Sequence record: SRR22947727_155
Length of the DNA: 43,028 nt
Direction: 5' to 3' (one strand)
In this document: piece after piece, positions 38,205 through 43,028 of the stretch
Layout of the letters: every line of letters starts with the position of its first letter
How positions within the stretch are numbered: position 1 is the stretch's first letter
The notes under the pieces: generated by a model
The model's database searches: none
What the model saw: the letters and a program-made list of their open reading frames with translations, nothing else
What the model was told of the DNA's origin: nothing
Program-made: the position numbers and the translations under genes

Positions 38205-39509
38205 TTAATTAATTCTATTTATAGGTTTAAAACAAATTTTTGATTTTAATGTTTTAGTTATATTTTTGTTCTTAATTTCAAAAAAAACTTTATCCAAAAC
38301 TTTTTCGTATTTAATGATATTTTTTTTACAATGAAAAATATTTACGTATATTAAATTTGAAGCAAGAATTTTATTATCTAACATTCTTTTTGTAAGAAAT
38401 GTTTTATTCAATAAATGATTATTTAAAAATTCAAAAGATGGTATTGCATTGGTACCAAGTATTTTAATTGGTAAATCATGCTTTAGAGATAGTTTTGACC
38501 AGATTCTTTTAATTTTAATTCCATTTTGTTGCACTTTGTCAAAAGCTTTCAAGCGTTTAAATTCTTCAATTGTTGCTATGGCCGCTGTATAACCAATTCT
38601 TTCTCCCCAAAAAGTACTGCTAATAAATGTATTTTCTGCTTTTTTCATAATCTTTTCTCTTCCAATTACAGCATTAATAGCGAATCCATTTCCTAAGGCT
38701 TTACCAAATATTGCAATATCAGGATGAACTTTGTAATTTAAATGTATCCCTCCCATATTTTCCCTATAACCTGTTGTGCATTCATCAAATATTAAAATAA
38801 TTTTCTTTTGGTCACATAATTTTCTAACTTTTTTTAAAAAATCATTTTCTGGAGGAGAGTTCCTCATAACTTCCATTTTTATAATTCCGATCTTTTTTTT
38901 TTGTATAATGTTATATAAATATTCAAAATCATTATAAGGAAAAGGGTAAGAGGTATTTTTTAAATTATCAGGAAGTCCATCATAATTCAAACCTGACATT
39001 AAATGTTGATCTAAATTATTTTTAGAATTTATATTCGCAGACAAATACCAATCATGCCATCCATGGTAACCACAAAAAGCAATATTTTTTTTTTTGGTGT
39101 TTGATCTGGCAATTCGTATTGCAACTGCGTTTGCTTCTCCACCTCCTCTTGTAAATTTTGCCATAGAAGACCATGAATGATGTTTTGTAATAATATCTGC
39201 AAGTTTTACTTCCTCAGGACAATTTAATGTTGACATATTACTTAATGAGATATTTTTGAATACAGCTCTATTTATTTTAGGATTAGAATAGCCCAATACA
39301 TTTGTTCCAACAGCACAGAACATATCTAAAAATTTATTACCTTTTAAGTCCCAAACATGTGTATCTTTTGCTTTTGTATAATATGCTGGCCATAAATCTG
39401 GTAAATGCAATTCTGATCTCTTAGAAAATAGTGTGGTTCCTCCAGGAATTTTTTTTTTTGCAAAATTATAAAGATTAACACCATTTTTAGTTTTCATATT
39501 TTTTTCCAT
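38205..39509 (-). CDS. Class III PLP aminotransferase (glutamate-1-semialdehyde aminomutase-like)
   Basis: IPGGTTLFSKR, WDLKGN, CGYHGWHDW, LIFDECTTG, FGKALGNG, ISSTF; start may be ATG 39497. Confidence 0.9.
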   Translation of the reverse strand: MEKNMKTKNGVNLYNFAKKKIPGGTTLFSKRSELHLPDLWPAYYTKAKDTHVWDLKGNKFLDMFCAVGTNVLGYSNPKINRAVFKNISLSNMSTLNCPEEVKLADIITKHHSWSSMAKFTRGGGEANAVAIRIARSNTKKKNIAFCGYHGWHDWYLSANINSKNNLDQHLMSGLNYDGLPDNLKNTSYPFPYNDFEYLYNIIQKKKIGIIKMEVMRNSPPENDFLKKVRKLCDQKKIILIFDECTTGYRENMGGIHLNYKVHPDIAIFGKALGNGFAINAVIGREKIMKKAENTFISSTFWGERIGYTAAIATIEEFKRLKAFDKVQQNGIKIKRIWSKLSLKHDLPIKILGTNAIPSFEFLNNHLLNKTFLTKRMLDNKILASNLIYVNIFHCKKNIIKYEKVLDKVFFEIKNKNITKTLKSKICFKPINRIN

Positions 39510-40363
39510 TTTCTTGGATCAATTAAGCTTAAATCATTATTTTCTAAATTCATATATTTTAAATTATTTTTAAAAACTTTAAAGTTTACTATTTCCTTTA
39601 AGTTATCTTTAGTGTTAATGCCAAATATTATTTGATTAAAATCATGATTAATTAAATCATTAAGACAATATTGTATAGGGGTAATATTATTATTTCTTAA
39701 AAAAATGAACCATCTAGAAAAAAAATTGTTCCATTTATTAAAATATTTTTTTTTATGCAATTTTTTATCAACCAATAAACCTTGTAAAAATATTGATCTA
39801 GCATGTACTTGAATATTTTTTTCTTTAAGTTTTTTAAACCATCCAGAATTAATTATCCTTTTATCACAAATATTATAAGGACACTGCACAACATCAATTT
39901 TGTACCTAGATATTAAATAATTTAAACATTTTGGATCGTAGATAGAAACCCCAATTTTTTTAAAGTATTTATTTTTTTTTAAAATTAAAAGATTTCTAAA
40001 TATTGATTTTCCAAATTTTGAATATAAAATTTTAATGTCATGAATCAATAAAGTTTGAATTTTTTTGTTATGAAAAGTATTTAAATGTGAACTTAACATT
40101 TTCTTGCAATATTTAAGTGATGTCCAATGTTGGTCAGGTTTTATCTTTGTAATAAATTTAAAACGTGAATCTATATTTTGAAAAAGCTTATTATTTTTTA
40201 AATAAGACTCTGCAGTATCAATTGTTAATATATTATTTGATATAGCAAATTTAATAATTTTATTTATTTCTGCATTGTTTATTTTTTTATTTTCAATACC
40301 GTAATTTAGATCAAAATTTGCAGAACCTATTACGATCCTTTTTTTAAATTTTGATTTATTCAT
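39494..40363 (-). CDS. Aldo/keto reductase
   Basis: IGSANF, IDTAESY, ITK, LLIH, IGVSIY, VQCPYN, HARSIFLQGLL, IDPRKW. Confidence 0.9.
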   Translation of the reverse strand: MNKSKFKKRIVIGSANFDLNYGIENKKINNAEINKIIKFAISNNILTIDTAESYLKNNKLFQNIDSRFKFITKIKPDQHWTSLKYCKKMLSSHLNTFHNKKIQTLLIHDIKILYSKFGKSIFRNLLILKKNKYFKKIGVSIYDPKCLNYLISRYKIDVVQCPYNICDKRIINSGWFKKLKEKNIQVHARSIFLQGLLVDKKLHKKKYFNKWNNFFSRWFIFLRNNNITPIQYCLNDLINHDFNQIIFGINTKDNLKEIVNFKVFKNNLKYMNLENNDLSLIDPRKWKKI

Positions 40364-40364
40364 T

Positions 40365-41084
40365 TCATCTTAATTTTAAATTTATTAACTTTTTATTTTT
40401 TTTTTCTGAGGCAATTATATCTTTCCAAGAAAAGTATATATTTGGAGAAAAAAATTTAATAATTTTTTTTATGAAAATATAATCTTTGTAATAGTCTAAT
40501 GTCCACCTTCTATTTGAATAATTGATAGAGTTCCTAAAATTTTTTTTTTTAAAAATTTTTGAATTTCTTATAAAAGGAGTTACATGTTCTTTGTTATAAG
40601 GATCATCAAAAATTTTATAAGACTTAATTAGTGCTTTAAGTTCAATTACTTCAACATCTAGACCATCAGGAAAGGTAAGTTTGAGAATATTAGATGTATA
40701 ATCGTTTTTTCTTTTTAAATGTAAGTTTATACATTTATCAACTAAACTCGGATCAATAATTGGGCAATCTGCTGTAATTCTTACTATTGTCTTAATTTTG
40801 AATTTCTCCGCACAACTTATAATTCTCTTTAAAACATTTTTTTCACTTCCTCTATATAAATTAATTTTATGCTCTTTGCACACAAGTCGGAATTTATCAT
40901 CGTTTTTGTTATTTGTAGTACACAGAAATATATTATTTTTAACTAATTTTGACTTTTTTAGTCTTAAAATACACAGGTCTATTATTCTTAAATTTTTACT
41001 TAATTGTAAAAAATGCTTATTGGGTAATCTTCTAGAGCTTGATCTAGCTATAAGAAATATTCCAATTTTTTTATTTACATTCAT
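40365..41084 (-). CDS. SpsF-like cytidylyltransferase (probable CMP-nonulosonate synthetase)
   Basis: ARSSSRRLPNK, RGSEKNVLKR, VRITADCPIIDP, FPDGLDVE, EHVTPFI, RWTLDY. Confidence 0.9.
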   Translation of the reverse strand: MNVNKKIGIFLIARSSSRRLPNKHFLQLSKNLRIIDLCILRLKKSKLVKNNIFLCTTNNKNDDKFRLVCKEHKINLYRGSEKNVLKRIISCAEKFKIKTIVRITADCPIIDPSLVDKCINLHLKRKNDYTSNILKLTFPDGLDVEVIELKALIKSYKIFDDPYNKEHVTPFIRNSKIFKKKNFRNSINYSNRRWTLDYYKDYIFIKKIIKFFSPNIYFSWKDIIASEKKNKKLINLKLR

Positions 41085-41144
41085 AGAAACTTCAAAATAA
41101 TTAAAATTTAGATAATATTTGACGTTGTTTTTTTTAATTTTTTT

Positions 41145-41366
41145 CTATTTGCCCAGTTTTGATAATAATTGAGATATTTTTTTATCATCATAATTTATTT
41201 TCTTCATAATTTTTTTTGCAGATGTTGGGTCCAGTCTAAATGCCAATTTTAGTATATTCATCCAATTAACATTATTTCTAGAACGAACTTTTTGAATGGC
41301 ATCAATAATTTTTACATATCTATTCTTATTGTATAAATCTTTTTTTTTTATAATTTTTTTTTTCAT
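41145..41366 (-). CDS. Small hypothetical helical protein
   Basis: 73 aa ATG ORF filling the gap at the head of the minus-strand operon; IIDAIQKVRSRNNVNWMNILKLAF. Confidence 0.7.
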   Translation of the reverse strand: MKKKIIKKKDLYNKNRYVKIIDAIQKVRSRNNVNWMNILKLAFRLDPTSAKKIMKKINYDDKKISQLLSKLGK

Positions 41367-41400
41367 TAGTATATAATATCATAATTACATATAATTTTTC
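41367..41400. promoter_or_regulatory. Candidate compact bidirectional promoter (leaderless -10 boxes)
   Basis: TATAAT at 41390-41395, 5 nt before the pseI ATG; minus-strand TATTAT at 41378-41373, 6 nt before ATG 41366; no SD sequence. Confidence 0.4.
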
Positions 41401-42435
41401 ATGATCAAAATAAAAAATAATTACAGGTTTTCGTATAAAGACCCACCAATTATAATTGCTGAAATATCTGGAAATCACAATGGTTCAAAAAGCAAATTTT
41501 TGAAACTAATAAAATTAGCATGTGTAAATGGAGCAGATTTAATAAAAATTCAAACCTATGAACCTAAAGACATAACTTTAAATAAAGATTATGGAAATTT
41601 TAAAATTAAGAAAGGTATATGGAAAGGGAAAAAATTATGGGAATTGTATAAAAAAGCGTGCACGCCATTTTCTTGGCATAAAGAAGCTTTTAAAATTGCT
41701 AAAAAATACAATAAAGAAATTTTTAGTAGTCCATTTAGTATAAGGGCAGTTGACTTACTAGAAAATTTAGGTTGTAAAATTTATAAAATCGCTTCATTTG
41801 AAATAACAGATGTAAAGCTAATTGACTATATAGCATCAAAAAAAAAACCAATTATTATATCCACAGGAATGGCAAGTCTGAAAGAAATTAAAAAAGCTAT
41901 TAAAATCATTGAAAATTATCATTCTGAAATAATAATCCTTCATTGTATTTCTTCTTACCCAACAGAACTTGAAGATATAAATTTACAACGTATTACAATT
42001 TTAAAAAAAAAATTTCCCAAATATTTGATTGGTCTTTCAGATCATACGGATGATATTTATTCTTCAATTGCGGCCACACAAATAGGTGTTACAGTAATTG
42101 AAAAGCATTTTAAAATTAATAATTATGATAAAACAGCTGACTCTAGTTTCTCGTTAACTCCAAAAAAACTAAAAGCTTTAAAAGATGTAACTTTACAAAT
42201 TTCCAAGTCCAAAAAGAAGGTTAATAAAAATGTTGAAAAAATTAGTGTTAATCTAAGAAGATCAATTTTTACAAAAAAAAATTTAAAAAAAAATCAAATG
42301 ATAACAAAAGATAATATTGAGACTTTAAGACCATCAATTGGAATATGTGCTTCAAAATATTTTGATATTATTGGTAAAAAAGTTAAAAAAAATATTAAAA
42401 AAGGCGAACCTTTATTTTTAAAAGATTTAGTTTAA
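41401..42435 (+). CDS. pseI: Pseudaminic acid synthase (NeuB family) with C-terminal SAF domain
   Basis: IIAEISGNHNG, IKIQTY, TPFSWH, FSSPF, KIASFE, IISTGMA, LHCISSYP, GLSDHT, IEKHF, DSSFS, RRSIF, RPSIG. Confidence 0.9.
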   Translation: MIKIKNNYRFSYKDPPIIIAEISGNHNGSKSKFLKLIKLACVNGADLIKIQTYEPKDITLNKDYGNFKIKKGIWKGKKLWELYKKACTPFSWHKEAFKIAKKYNKEIFSSPFSIRAVDLLENLGCKIYKIASFEITDVKLIDYIASKKKPIIISTGMASLKEIKKAIKIIENYHSEIIILHCISSYPTELEDINLQRITILKKKFPKYLIGLSDHTDDIYSSIAATQIGVTVIEKHFKINNYDKTADSSFSLTPKKLKALKDVTLQISKSKKKVNKNVEKISVNLRRSIFTKKNLKKNQMITKDNIETLRPSIGICASKYFDIIGKKVKKNIKKGEPLFLKDLV

Positions 42436-42998
42436 TTTTTTAAATATTTTTTGATTACTATATCCCAATTCTTTAAGTTTTTTGGCAGATCTTTTTTTTT
42501 ATGATATGAACCTTTAAATTGTGGTTTAATAAATTTGTATTCATTATTTATGATTTTTTTTAGGTTTCTTTTAAATAAATTCTCAACTTCAACAATAAGT
42601 TTCTGATAAGTATTAGAAAAGGTTAAATTGTTATCTAATTTAAAGATTACTTTTTTTCTAGCTATGATCCCTCCTCTATCAATTCCTTTATTGATCTCAT
42701 GTATGGAAACACCTTTTGGAGTTTTATTAATAAATGACCAAAAGTTAGGATGTGCACCTCTATTGTAGGGTAAATAAGATATGTGCAAATTAATTGGTGG
42801 TCTAGATAATTTCTCTAAAAGATCTTCTTTTAATATTTTGTTATATCCAAAACTGATTATTATATCGTAATTTTTGGCATCTTTAAAAATTAAAAGCTTT
42901 TGGCCATGAACTCTAACAAAAAAATTTTTCTTTCGTAAAAAAGAAATTAAAATGGTTTTTTTTGTTGTGTAACCTAAAAATAAGATTTTTTTTTTCAC
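42432..42998 (-). CDS. Formyltransferase family protein (sugar N-formyltransferase-like)
   Basis: IISFGYNKIL, INLHISYLPYNRGAHPNFWS, GVSIHEINKGIDRG; GTG start, although the frame stays open to the window edge. Confidence 0.9.
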   Translation of the reverse strand: MKKKILFLGYTTKKTILISFLRKKNFFVRVHGQKLLIFKDAKNYDIIISFGYNKILKEDLLEKLSRPPINLHISYLPYNRGAHPNFWSFINKTPKGVSIHEINKGIDRGGIIARKKVIFKLDNNLTFSNTYQKLIVEVENLFKRNLKKIINNEYKFIKPQFKGSYHKKKDLPKNLKNWDIVIKKYLKN

Positions 42999-43028
42999 TA
43001 TAATATAAATTTTTTTCAGTGCATAAAT

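Noticed and set aside
38205-39509. hemL (tetrapyrrole synthesis)
   Set aside because: It has the fold only; the LFSKR and GYHGWHDW motifs and the context match the glycan-locus subgroup
893-40798. Short antisense or alternate-frame ORFs in the track (e.g. 893-1120, 6424-6636, 14316-14672, 21014-21418, 22362-22703, 27840-28310, 34022-34396)
   Set aside because: They lie opposite or within well-supported genes, carry no motifs, and have the Phe/Leu/Ile/Ser bias expected from the reverse strand of Lys-rich genes
1-43028. CRISPR arrays, tRNA/rRNA, IS elements, integrases, prophage or defence genes
   Set aside because: No periodic repeats, structured GC-rich RNA-like segments or relevant protein motifs seen; intergenic gaps are all short and AT-rich

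Overview
A very AT-rich, gene-dense window (roughly a quarter G+C by eye, Lys/Ile/Asn-rich proteins, many overlapping start/stop codons). It consists entirely of surface-glycan (LPS O-chain/capsule/glycoprotein) biosynthesis and tailoring genes. Composition and content fit a hypervariable glycosylation island of a streamlined marine alphaproteobacterium, such as SAR11/Pelagibacterales HVR2; this is inference, as no marker gene is present. Modules, left to right: (1) SDR epimerase, methyltransferase, radical SAM, flippase-like protein, carbamoyltransferase, deacetylase, GT4s and a Wzy/WaaL-type protein; (2) a CDP-6-deoxyhexose block (rfbG, epimerase, rfbF, SDR); (3) methyltransferases, GT4, SDRs, GT2; (4) an internally deleted OafA-like acyltransferase remnant; (5) a tightly coupled five-gene unit of GT29-like sialyltransferase, Ldh_2 dehydrogenase, atypical Zn-MDR, GT and NeuA-like CMP-transferase, with no synthase of its own; (6) ACP-MaoC-FkbH-MBOAT(FIYFQF)-SGNH, an apparently complete Dlt-like acyl relay probably fed by glyceryl-ACP; (7) an ABC flippase; (8) a pseudaminic-acid-type cluster (pseB, pseC, pseI, SpsF-like cytidylyltransferase) with aldo-keto reductase, class III aminotransferase, sulfotransferase, DUF4910, LIC12162-family protein and formyltransferase. 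Modules 5 and 6 are the best candidates for uncharacterised systems. I saw no RNA genes, CRISPR arrays or mobile elements.
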